The position numbers were made by a program, and so were the translations under genes. From Candidatus Edwardsbacteria bacterium (GTDB lineage: Bacteria; Edwardsbacteria; AC1; EtOH8), in NCBI GenBank assembly GCA_031082425.1, contig JAVHLB010000005.1, positions 100,927-164,926 on the forward strand: DNA of 64,000 nt, in the 5' to 3' direction. Shown here one piece after another: positions 25,896 through 34,788 of this stretch. The first letter of the stretch is position 1; each line of letters begins with the position of its first letter. The notes beneath the pieces are model-generated. The model did no database searches, was not told where the DNA came from, and saw only the letters and a program-made list of their open reading frames with translations.

Positions 25896-28370
25896 TTAAA
25901 ACACCGCCGACAGCGAGAATTTCTTGTTGAAATTCTGCAGGTCGCCGCCCGGCTCCATGGCAAAGTCAAATTGTATCTTGCGGAATCCCACCCCGGCGCC
26001 GTAGGTGGGTCCCTTGATGTGTCCCACTTCGTCCAGTACATAGCCGGCCCGCAGGGCCAGGCTGGCCGGGCCCAGGTACCAGTACTCCATCCCCAGATGG
26101 TGGACCACGTCCTGGAGCTCTTCCTTCCACGGCCGGTCGGGGGAAAGGTCGACGATGGTCTTGGTGAAGTCCCAGGCCGCGGTCAGTTTGGAGTATTTGC
26201 CGTCCAGGATGTCGTAAGCCGTGCCGACCCTGAGGTTGCGGGACAGGGGATCGGCCTCCTGGGCGTCGATATAGGTGAGCTTGGGCCCGATGTTCTGGAC
26301 GTTCAGGCCCAGGGCCAGACCGTCGAACGGCCCGTGATAAAGCAGCCCCAGGTCCACCGCCCAGGTGGTGGCGATCCCCTTTCCCTGCTCGCCCGGAGCC
26401 CCGAAGGGCGCCAGGTGCGAATAGATCAGCTTCAGGTTGATCCCGCCGGCCAGGTTGCTGTATATTTTGTTGGCATAGGTGAGGGTGGGCGAGAATTCGT
26501 AGCTGGAGAAGGTCCCCAGGACATGTTCATTTTCATCTATCCGCTGGTTGGTCCCTTCCGAGAGAAAGACCACATTCCCGCCGAAGACCCCCCAGTCCTT
26601 TACCGGCTGGGCATAGGCGATGAACTCATAATACATGTCCCCCACATCGCTCCAGATCTCGGAAAGCCAGGGGGAATGCATCATGGTGGCGTAATGCGGA
26701 GTGGGCTCCACCTTTCTTTTCAGCGAGCCGGGCAGGGCCGATTCCAGCAGTTTCCGGTTCAAGGCGGTAAGATCTTCAATGCTCAGATAATCGATCCCCT
26801 CCTGGATGTAGCCCCGGGCCGCCGGATCCAGGTCTTCATTTTTGAAATATTCGGCTCTATATAAAGCCCGGTTGGCCAGCAGCTGGTTCAGCCCTCCCAG
26901 CAGCGATTCCTTGTCCTCCCGGCTGACAACCTTGTTGGTCCGGTATCTGTCGCAGATGGCGATGAATTCAGAAGCCAGCAAGCTTCTGATATGCATCTGG
27001 GGCGAAGCCAGGGTTTTTTTGCGGTATGAGGCCAGGTCGGACGGAAACAGGATTTCCAGGGCCTCCCGTTTTGCCTTTAAGGCCGGCAGGTTGTCCTTCT
27101 GTCCGGCTTCCCCGGTTTCATAGCCGTTGATGACGGTATTCATGAATTCCAGAACGCCGGTCTCCTCCTCCGGGGTCATTGCCTGCTGGCCCTGATATTT
27201 CTTCAGGCTTTCCCAGCCCGGTTCCCCGATCTTATTGACGATATACAACGACAGGGAGTCTTTCCCCATTCTCTGGGCGTAAGGTTTGATGATCTCCGGC
27301 AGGTAGCTTTCCAGCAGGGTTCGGTTCAGCTTGATCGAGTTATCCGGGCCTATCTTCCGGTGATCGACCGTCAGGGATATCTGCCGGGGATAGGCGGCCT
27401 CCAATAGTTGCATATTGAATAATGCCAGGTCTTCGCCTTTGAGGCCGGCCGCCGATCTTTCTTTCAGGGCATCAGACAACACCACGTTAGCCAATCTGGC
27501 GGGCTGGTAAAGTCTCCCCTTGATTATTTTGCTGAACTCCGCCGCCAGGACAGCCGCCGCCGAATCAGCCGGCAAGCCGTTTTTCAGAACGGTCCTGCTG
27601 CGCGAAGCAAGCCTGCCCCAGAGGTATCGGGACAGGGGATCATCGGCCGCCACCAGTTGCTGGACCAGTCCCAGGGGATCGGCAAAATCCCGGGAGGCCA
27701 GCTCATTTTTATCCCGGGAATATTTACCGGTCAGTACCAGCTCCCGGACGGTTGGCGGGGTTTCCATTCCATCCAAAACCGACCGGCGATAGATATCCCG
27801 GTCGGACGATATCTGTTTGTTCAGGCGGTATAATACGGTCCATCTATCCTGCAGGGTCATCACGCTGTCGGAGTTGAAGATGGCGGCCCGGGCGGTGCTG
27901 TCCAGCCACCCGGATACCAGCCGGTAAGCCCGGCTGTCCCTGGTGGAATCACGCAGCAATTCGCCCAGCTTGTTCCAATCGGCAATATCCCCCGCGGTCA
28001 GCAGGGGCGACTGCCCGGCCTGCAGGATGATGGATGCGGGATCGAGCAGGTCCGGCTGCTGGAACAGATAGAAGGCGTCCTTCTCCTGCAGGTTGGACAC
28101 CAAGACCGCCCAATCCTTGATATCATCCTCCTGGAAATACTGGACCGCATCCGGCATCAAAAAGGCCAGCCCGGCCGGGTTGAAATAGGTGGCGGTGGCG
28201 TCGTCGGAGATGGCGGCGAAGGCGCTGCCCATACCGCTGGGCCTGGCCCCGGGACGGATCAAAAGGAAGATGGCCCCGCCCTCGGATATGGCGTAAGCCG
28301 GGCCGGTTGCCAAACCAAGGAACATCACGGCCAACAGCATAACGATGCCGGTTGATCTTTTAAACAACAT
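25896..28370 (-). CDS. PorV-family-like outer-membrane barrel with a large internal insertion
   Basis: 824 aa. The N-terminal signature FLLIRPGARPSGMGSAFAAISDDATATYFNPAGLAF matches the PorV/PorQ-family opening motif. A beta-barrel-like tail of about 266 aa ends ...FSLSAVF. About 490 mostly helical residues lie between them. Confidence 0.6.
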   Translation of the reverse strand: MLFKRSTGIVMLLAVMFLGLATGPAYAISEGGAIFLLIRPGARPSGMGSAFAAISDDATATYFNPAGLAFLMPDAVQYFQEDDIKDWAVLVSNLQEKDAFYLFQQPDLLDPASIILQAGQSPLLTAGDIADWNKLGELLRDSTRDSRAYRLVSGWLDSTARAAIFNSDSVMTLQDRWTVLYRLNKQISSDRDIYRRSVLDGMETPPTVRELVLTGKYSRDKNELASRDFADPLGLVQQLVAADDPLSRYLWGRLASRSRTVLKNGLPADSAAAVLAAEFSKIIKGRLYQPARLANVVLSDALKERSAAGLKGEDLALFNMQLLEAAYPRQISLTVDHRKIGPDNSIKLNRTLLESYLPEIIKPYAQRMGKDSLSLYIVNKIGEPGWESLKKYQGQQAMTPEEETGVLEFMNTVINGYETGEAGQKDNLPALKAKREALEILFPSDLASYRKKTLASPQMHIRSLLASEFIAICDRYRTNKVVSREDKESLLGGLNQLLANRALYRAEYFKNEDLDPAARGYIQEGIDYLSIEDLTALNRKLLESALPGSLKRKVEPTPHYATMMHSPWLSEIWSDVGDMYYEFIAYAQPVKDWGVFGGNVVFLSEGTNQRIDENEHVLGTFSSYEFSPTLTYANKIYSNLAGGINLKLIYSHLAPFGAPGEQGKGIATTWAVDLGLLYHGPFDGLALGLNVQNIGPKLTYIDAQEADPLSRNLRVGTAYDILDGKYSKLTAAWDFTKTIVDLSPDRPWKEELQDVVHHLGMEYWYLGPASLALRAGYVLDEVGHIKGPTYGAGVGFRKIQFDFAMEPGGDLQNFNKKFSLSAVF

Positions 28371-28403
28371 TGAATGAACTCCCCTAAAGTTTATCTTGTT
28401 CCA

Positions 28404-31400
28404 TTAACGCATTATCACTAATTTTCCGAACCCGGAGTTTTCCAGGCCGTCCTCCCGGGCGGTTATCTTATAAAGATACACCCCGTTGGCCGGGATGCTT
28501 CCCCGGTCGTCCCTTCCGTTCCAATGCACCTGGTTGTAACCGGCGTTCAGGTTCTTGGCGGGGATCTCCCGGATCAGGTTCCCGGCCACGGTGAATATTC
28601 TGATGACCACATCCCCCGGCTGGGAAAGCATGAAAGTAAAATAGGTCCCGTCCTTCAGGGGATTGGGAAAATTGTATATCGAGGATACCTTCAGTTCGGT
28701 CTCCACATTGATCGCATTTTCCCACAGTCCCTTCCTCAGCCTGGTATCATAGGCTTCCACCCGGACGGTATATTTGCCGCTGGTGATAAAATTATAGGCG
28801 TACTCCGCCGCGCCCGTTGCCAGGGTATCGTTGGAAAGGCTGTAGATAAAATCCTTGGCGATATCGGTTGAGATCAATTGTTTTCCGTCTTTTATAATGG
28901 TGAATTTTATCTCGCCGTATTTGGAGACGCCGGGGGCGATGTTGATGCCGCTTCTATCCGATATCTCCACCCGGAACCTGGCCTGGCTGGGCAGGTAATC
29001 GTTCTGCTTCAAGGCCAGCCCCCCGGCGTATACCGTTATCTTCGGGGCGGAAGTATCCTGATAAGTGGTGTCGGGATCGGGGTCTACCCCGCCTATCCAG
29101 ATGGTGTCGGAGGTAACCCCGGCGGCATCCACCGATGAATTCCAGGCATAGGCCCGGATCCCGGCTCCCGAAACCGGACCGGTATGCAGCTGGTCCGGTA
29201 TGTTGACGACTGTTTGAAAGCTGTCATTGACCACCGGGAACTCCCCCCGGAAGACGATGTCCCCGGGAAGCAGAAAGTTAAAATCGGTGTTCAAATGAGG
29301 GATATCCCTCAACTCCAGCATCACCCTGCCCGAAAAATTCCCGGAAGCCTGAACAATCCCGCTGATATTATATCGCCCCTGATTGTAAAGGGTGTCGGAG
29401 CTGATGGTGATATCAATCGGGTTTTGGGGCTGGCTGAACCTGATCCCGGGGTCGCCCAACAAAGTGTAGCACTCATTGTTGATAGGATCGACCGAAATAA
29501 ACTTAGCGTATAACACGGATGTTCCCAAGTCATAAAGCGAGTCAAATAGAGCGTGATATAAATTATAGTTCAAGTTTTCATTACGCCCCACAAACCCTTC
29601 ACGGGTGCTTCCAAAGGAGGCTACGGCCCCGCCGGAGGCCTTGGTGACCACCAGGGAATTGATGCACTTGTAATAGGGATTGTCGAAACGGGAGACGCCG
29701 CAGGAAGCGGTTATCACCAATGGCAGACGGCTGTCGTTTGCCAGATAGGGTATATCGGTATCACGAAAGTACCACTCGTGGCCCCAGGTCCACCAGGCGC
29801 CATGGCCGATAAAATTGATTATACCCGCTCCTTCATTCCAGAATTTGTTAAGATCGGCCCTGGCTTTGGGCTTGTAATCACCCTCCAGGGGATAGCTGAT
29901 CCCATATACCTTCTGAACAGAATATATTTCCGGCAAGTATCCGTATAATGTTTCAGTTGCGTTCTTATCATCATCATCAGCTACCAACAATGCCTGAGAC
30001 CGCCAGGGATAAAAGGTGTTGGGTGAATCGTAATTGATCGTTTTATTTACCACCGCCCAGGCCTCCTCGCTGTTGGCTGCCGGCAGGCGGGCGATGGAGA
30101 ACTGGGGATACAGGCCGGTGGTAAAATATGCGTACCAGTCATCGTGGGAATGCAGTTGATACTCCTTCAGCATAAAATAAAGAACATCCTCTTGATGGGC
30201 GGGCACCAGATTGGAATTGGCGATGGAACGGTCGATATGCCGGTAGTCGTAGGTGCCGTTTCCAAAAAGAACGCACCAGACCGGGCTGGTTCCGCCGGAG
30301 TTTGTATAAATATATTTAAGAAAGTTGCGGATGGCCGCCGGGTCGCTGAGACCAAAGCCGAACTCATTGTATATCCATGAAAGTTTTACCGCCCGGGCCG
30401 GTTGCTGCTCCAACTTGTTTTTATGATGGTTCAACAGTGCCTGGGCCTGGGGCCAAAACTGATCGGCAGCGATGATAAGATATTTAACATCGGCCAATGA
30501 TTCTCTCAAACGATTTGGATCATAGGCCTCAATTCTGCTCGGTTTAAGCCAGACAGAAGCTGCGGAAGCGCAATATTTATTGTCTTTTTTCCACCCATCG
30601 TCAAACTGAATATAGGCCGGAAACATCTTTGAGGTCTGCAGAGACTTCGGGGCCTCGGGATCAGAGATATCCAGCAATTGGCAGCTGTCGGAATTGAACC
30701 CGGTCAGATAGAAACGGTTAACATATTGGCCCGAAGAATCAGCTCGGAACTTAAGGTCACCTTTGTAGGCCTGATATTTGCGTGAGTAGGCTAATTCCGC
30801 CCAGTTGAAATATATGGCATCGGTAGTATCCGCATCTTCCTTTAAAAGTCTTATTGTCAGAGCGTTGGTTGCATCCTGCAGATTATCGATACTCGTTGAA
30901 TCGGTCAATTCCCTGCTGCTGATCGGCTCGTGACCACCATCGGCTGTCGGTCCAGGACTGCCGGTCCACGATAAATCTTTAGTGGTTAGCCCATTCAATC
31001 CCCATACAAAATGATGCTTGGAATATATGCCGGCCCTTAGTGATATGCGCAACTTCCCGTTTGTTCCTTGTACCCCGGGGGTGGCCAGGTCATACGAATA
31101 TGTCCGGCTGTTTTCCGAAGTGGCCCTTCGCATATTGGCCCAGTAATAGAACTCGCCGGAATTGAAGGGATTGAACTTGTCCTGTTCAAAATGCAAAGTA
31201 TCGGCAAAAGACTGTAACGGTTGCAGGTTTCCCGGGCCGGGTTCGCAATTTCTGACCTGCATGCGCAAACCGTTACCGCCGCCCCAGGTCAGCCAATAGC
31301 AGTTGGTGTCGGCGTAGGGGTTGAAGAACTGCGGGGTGGCCAATTTTGAATTCTTGTGCCAGCCCGACAGGTCCTGCCCGTAGAATATTATCTGATCGCC

Positions 31401-32318
31401 CTGGTCGAACCGCCCGTCCTCCTGCCCCCGGACCAATATGGCCACCTGTTTCATGGTGTCCGGCGCGGCGATGTTCCGGTCCTTGGGCAGGGCCGCCGAG
31501 CCGCCGGAGAAGATCTTGATGGTCCGGGGATCGATGACCGCCGGGTCGATGCCGTTGCGCAGCAGATACTCATAATCCAGGCGGTAGACGCCCTCCTGCA
31601 GCACCGATAATTTGTACCAGACGGAATGGCCGTCAAAGGGGTCGGCCGCTTTTGATTTGATGGTCTTTTCCGAGATCTTCCAGTTGCGGCACTGGGGATA
31701 ATTGATCAGCAGTTTTGAGAATACCGGGGCAAACGCCGGATCCGGCCGGGGATGGTTATCCCGCCCGGCAATATCCCAGCTGACCCTGACCAAAATTCTT
31801 TTGTTCAGCCTTAATACGCCCGCCAACGGATCGTATTGGACCGGGCTCATCTTTATTCCGGCGATGTTATATTGCCGCAGCCTTTCGACCGACGCCAGGA
31901 TGGCAATTGCCCCGGGAAACATGCCCGCCCGGCCGTAGATCGAAGGGTTTTTGATGTTTTTATATTCGCCCAAGCCGGGCTGCTCAGATGATACCAGTGC
32001 GGGGACCGGGGCCAGAGAAAAATCGCGGATATCCTCCGATTCAACGGATATGACCTGCACCTTGACCCGGGCCCCTTCCGGAACACCCAGGCTGATCGGG
32101 TGCTCCAACGTAGCCGGCGCGCCGGGCTCCTCAGCCGTCTGGCAGCCGGGCAGAAATATGGTCTGCTCCCCATCGACATTAAGCTTGAACTCCGGCTGTT
32201 CCATGCTGTATTCGATGAGGGCGGAGTAGGCATCGGCCGAAACCAACCTGGTCTCCGCCCTAAGCGGGCCGCAGGCCGCCATGATCAGCATCAGGATATA
32301 TGTGATCTTTTTTATCAT
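28404..32318 (-). CDS. C25 (gingipain-like) cysteine peptidase, PorU-like, with T9SS-type C-terminal domain
   Basis: 1304 aa with a signal peptide. The C25 catalytic region has a His (NFIGHGAWW) and a Cys (VITASCGVSRF). The C-terminal ~90 aa (NFPNPLKDGTYF...IRIFTVAGNLI...WNGRDDRG...GVYLYKI) fit the CTD pattern. Confidence 0.8.
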   Translation of the reverse strand: MIKKITYILMLIMAACGPLRAETRLVSADAYSALIEYSMEQPEFKLNVDGEQTIFLPGCQTAEEPGAPATLEHPISLGVPEGARVKVQVISVESEDIRDFSLAPVPALVSSEQPGLGEYKNIKNPSIYGRAGMFPGAIAILASVERLRQYNIAGIKMSPVQYDPLAGVLRLNKRILVRVSWDIAGRDNHPRPDPAFAPVFSKLLINYPQCRNWKISEKTIKSKAADPFDGHSVWYKLSVLQEGVYRLDYEYLLRNGIDPAVIDPRTIKIFSGGSAALPKDRNIAAPDTMKQVAILVRGQEDGRFDQGDQIIFYGQDLSGWHKNSKLATPQFFNPYADTNCYWLTWGGGNGLRMQVRNCEPGPGNLQPLQSFADTLHFEQDKFNPFNSGEFYYWANMRRATSENSRTYSYDLATPGVQGTNGKLRISLRAGIYSKHHFVWGLNGLTTKDLSWTGSPGPTADGGHEPISSRELTDSTSIDNLQDATNALTIRLLKEDADTTDAIYFNWAELAYSRKYQAYKGDLKFRADSSGQYVNRFYLTGFNSDSCQLLDISDPEAPKSLQTSKMFPAYIQFDDGWKKDNKYCASAASVWLKPSRIEAYDPNRLRESLADVKYLIIAADQFWPQAQALLNHHKNKLEQQPARAVKLSWIYNEFGFGLSDPAAIRNFLKYIYTNSGGTSPVWCVLFGNGTYDYRHIDRSIANSNLVPAHQEDVLYFMLKEYQLHSHDDWYAYFTTGLYPQFSIARLPAANSEEAWAVVNKTINYDSPNTFYPWRSQALLVADDDDKNATETLYGYLPEIYSVQKVYGISYPLEGDYKPKARADLNKFWNEGAGIINFIGHGAWWTWGHEWYFRDTDIPYLANDSRLPLVITASCGVSRFDNPYYKCINSLVVTKASGGAVASFGSTREGFVGRNENLNYNLYHALFDSLYDLGTSVLYAKFISVDPINNECYTLLGDPGIRFSQPQNPIDITISSDTLYNQGRYNISGIVQASGNFSGRVMLELRDIPHLNTDFNFLLPGDIVFRGEFPVVNDSFQTVVNIPDQLHTGPVSGAGIRAYAWNSSVDAAGVTSDTIWIGGVDPDPDTTYQDTSAPKITVYAGGLALKQNDYLPSQARFRVEISDRSGINIAPGVSKYGEIKFTIIKDGKQLISTDIAKDFIYSLSNDTLATGAAEYAYNFITSGKYTVRVEAYDTRLRKGLWENAINVETELKVSSIYNFPNPLKDGTYFTFMLSQPGDVVIRIFTVAGNLIREIPAKNLNAGYNQVHWNGRDDRGSIPANGVYLYKITAREDGLENSGFGKLVIMR

Positions 32319-32331
32319 ATTTTCAATAATA

Positions 32332-32362
32332 ATAAAAACCGGTATCCCGTTAAGAGACCCGG
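32332..32362 (-). terminator. weak terminator-like hairpin 14 nt upstream of the PorU-like start codon
   Basis: The CCGG...CCGG closing pairs have imperfect inner pairing. The hairpin is flanked by an A-run and a T-run, and the minus strand continues TTTTTATTATTATT. Confidence 0.3.
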
Positions 32363-32529
32363 CTTTTGTGGAGTTAAGATAACAGTAAAAGCCAGTGTCG
32401 TTTAAATATTTATATGCCGAAACGTGATATTTATCAACTTTAAGTTGGTAAATACCTCCAAGTGCTAAATATTTAAACCAGGGTCACTGACTTTAAGATA
32501 CTTATATGATCTCCATTTAATCTACCCTA

Positions 32530-32558
32530 ACTATAATCTAAATTGGGTTATTTGTCAA
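32530..32558 (-). promoter_or_regulatory. sigma70-type promoter TTGACA-N17-TATAGT (head of the PorU-like operon)
   Basis: The minus strand reads TTGACAaataacccaatttagatTATAGT. It starts 17 nt after the pilD stop and lies about 210 nt upstream of the PorU-like ATG. Confidence 0.5.
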
Positions 32559-32574
32559 GGGGTTAGATTGCTTT

Positions 32575-33420
32575 TTACATCCCGAAAAGGCTTAAATAAA
32601 ACCCCAGCAATTCCCTGCCCCAGAAAAGGGACAGGATGGCGCCCCAGGCCAAAAACGGCCCGAAGGGAACCATGGCCTTGGGCTTTATTCCTTTCGGAGC
32701 TTCACTTTTTTTAGCCCGGCCCAATAGGATCAGCAGCACACCGACAACCGATCCGGTCAGGAAGGCCAGGAAGAAACTTACCAGCACGGCCTTCCAGCCG
32801 AAAAAGGCCCCGATCATGGCCGCCAGCTTGATGTCCCCCCCGCCCATGGCCTCCTGTTTGAACACCTTTTCCCCCAGCCAGGCCGCCAGCCAAAGGAATC
32901 CACCCCCCAGCACCACGCCGATGGCGCTGTCCGCCAAGGGCCACAGCGACAGGACATCCCCCCGGCCGAATACCGTTTGGTCCACCGGAAGTCCGAAGGT
33001 AGCCAGGGCCGCCAATAGAAGACCCATAGCCAGACCGGAGAGGGAAAAGACATCGGGGATGATGTAGTGTTCGAGGTCTATGGCCGAGATAACCAGCATG
33101 GCCCAGACGAAGGGTATATACCCCGCCAGTTTCCAATCGGCCCCGAATTTAAGATAGACCCCCAGGAATAAAAGCGCGCTCAATAGCTCCACCAGCGGAT
33201 AGCGCCATGATATCTCGGCCTGGCAGCTGCGGCATTTCCGGCCCAACAGCAGGAAACTGATCACCGGAATATTGTCGTACCATTTGATCCCGGTCAAACA
33301 CTTGGGGCAATGCGAAGGAGTGAAGACGATCTCCTCTTTGCGGGGTATCCGCCAGATGCAGACATTGGCGAAGGAGCCGAACAACAGCCCCAGGATGAAG
33401 ATTATAATTCCCTGAAACAT
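32575..33420 (-). CDS. pilD: prepilin peptidase (A24 family)
   Basis: 281 aa. N-terminal Cys pairs (CPKC...CRSC) followed by polytopic membrane helices with a GGGDIKL motif. Confidence 0.9.
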   Translation of the reverse strand: MFQGIIIFILGLLFGSFANVCIWRIPRKEEIVFTPSHCPKCLTGIKWYDNIPVISFLLLGRKCRSCQAEISWRYPLVELLSALLFLGVYLKFGADWKLAGYIPFVWAMLVISAIDLEHYIIPDVFSLSGLAMGLLLAALATFGLPVDQTVFGRGDVLSLWPLADSAIGVVLGGGFLWLAAWLGEKVFKQEAMGGGDIKLAAMIGAFFGWKAVLVSFFLAFLTGSVVGVLLILLGRAKKSEAPKGIKPKAMVPFGPFLAWGAILSLFWGRELLGFYLSLFGM

Positions 33421-33435
33421 CTTTTGCCTGTCATA

Positions 33436-34788
33436 TTATTTTATGATGAATCCGCCCAGATCATAAGCCCAGGCCTTCTCCAGGGCGGCCTGATAAATTC
33501 TGCCCGGAACCAGGGGGCGGGAACAGCGGATATATATCTTGCCGTCTATCTCCGGGGCCTCGCCATCGCTCCGTCCGAAGTATTGATAACCGGACTTGAA
33601 TGGGATATTGTTATCACCCTTCGTCATCCGTCCTTCAATGATAACCAAAACAGGTTGACCCACTCTTAACCGATTTTTGGCAGAAGAAACCTTTTGCTGC
33701 AATCGCATCAAAGAATCCAACCGTTGGAATTTTATTTTTTCGGAGACCTGACCAGTCATCTTGGCGGCCCTGGTCCCCGGCTCTCGGGAATACGCGAAGA
33801 CCCCCACCCGGTCCAGTTTCATCTCACCGGCAAAATCATGCAGTTCGGAGAAATCCTCCGCCCTCTCTCCGGGGAACCCGATGATGAAGGTGGTGCGCAG
33901 GATTATCCCGGGAATTTTGGCGCGAAGTTTGTGGAGCAGTCCGATTATTCTCTGCTTCGTCACCTTTCGTCCCATTTTCGCCAGAAGCCGGTCGGATACA
34001 TGCTGCAGCGGGATATCCAGGTATTTTACTATCTTCTTCTCCCGGGCAATTATGTCTATCAGCTCATCGTCGATATGGGCCGGATGGGTGTAGAGGATGC
34101 GGATCCATTCCAGGCCATCTATTCGGGCCAATGCTTTCAGCAAACGGGGAAGGCTGCGCCGGCCGTAGATATCCGAACCGTAGGCGGTGGTGTCCTGGGC
34201 GATCAGGTTGATCTCCCTCACCCCCCGGCTGACCAGGATTTTGGCCTCCCGGATGATCTCCGGCAGCGGACGGCTGCGGAATCTTCCCCTGATGGACGGT
34301 ATCAGACAGTAGGAGCAGCGGTTGTCGCAGCCGTCGGCTATCCGCAAATAGGCCCAGCCCGGCCCGGTGCTGACCAGGCGGTTTTGATAGAATTGCGCAG
34401 AGTAATTGCCGGCCTTGGCCGGGATGGAATTTTTCCTGCCGTCTTCCAGCGCCGCCAGGATATTGATGTAACCGTGAACGCCCACCAGGCCGTCTATCTC
34501 CGGGATCTCTTTTTTCAATGACCGGCCCATCCTCTGGACCAGACAGCCGGTGACCACCAGCCGGAACCCCAGGTTCTCTTTTTTCATTGCCAGGGCCGAT
34601 ATCTCGGCCAGCCCTTCCTCCACCGCCTCCTGCAGGAACCCGCAGGTGTTGACGATCACCGTCCCGGCGTCATTGATGTCATTGGTGAAGCGGTATCCCT
34701 TCTGCGCCAGCTGGCCCATCACGGCCTCGGTGTCGATGCGGTTCTTGGGACAGCCCAGGGAGATGATATGGACGTTATTGGACAGCAT
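33436..34788 (-). CDS. rimO: ribosomal protein S12 methylthiotransferase
   Basis: 450 aa with an MTTase N-domain (ISLGCPKN), radical-SAM CxxxCxxC (CDNRCSYC) and a C-terminal TRAM domain. Confidence 0.85.
   Translation of the reverse strand: MLSNNVHIISLGCPKNRIDTEAVMGQLAQKGYRFTNDINDAGTVIVNTCGFLQEAVEEGLAEISALAMKKENLGFRLVVTGCLVQRMGRSLKKEIPEIDGLVGVHGYINILAALEDGRKNSIPAKAGNYSAQFYQNRLVSTGPGWAYLRIADGCDNRCSYCLIPSIRGRFRSRPLPEIIREAKILVSRGVREINLIAQDTTAYGSDIYGRRSLPRLLKALARIDGLEWIRILYTHPAHIDDELIDIIAREKKIVKYLDIPLQHVSDRLLAKMGRKVTKQRIIGLLHKLRAKIPGIILRTTFIIGFPGERAEDFSELHDFAGEMKLDRVGVFAYSREPGTRAAKMTGQVSEKIKFQRLDSLMRLQQKVSSAKNRLRVGQPVLVIIEGRMTKGDNNIPFKSGYQYFGRSDGEAPEIDGKIYIRCSRPLVPGRIYQAALEKAWAYDLGGFIIK

Noticed and set aside
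25890-26864. Plus-strand ORFs of 324 aa (25890-26864) and, further along, 344 aa (58448-59482).
   Set aside because: They are antisense to the PorV-like gene and to alaS. The reasoning is the same as for the other shadow ORFs.
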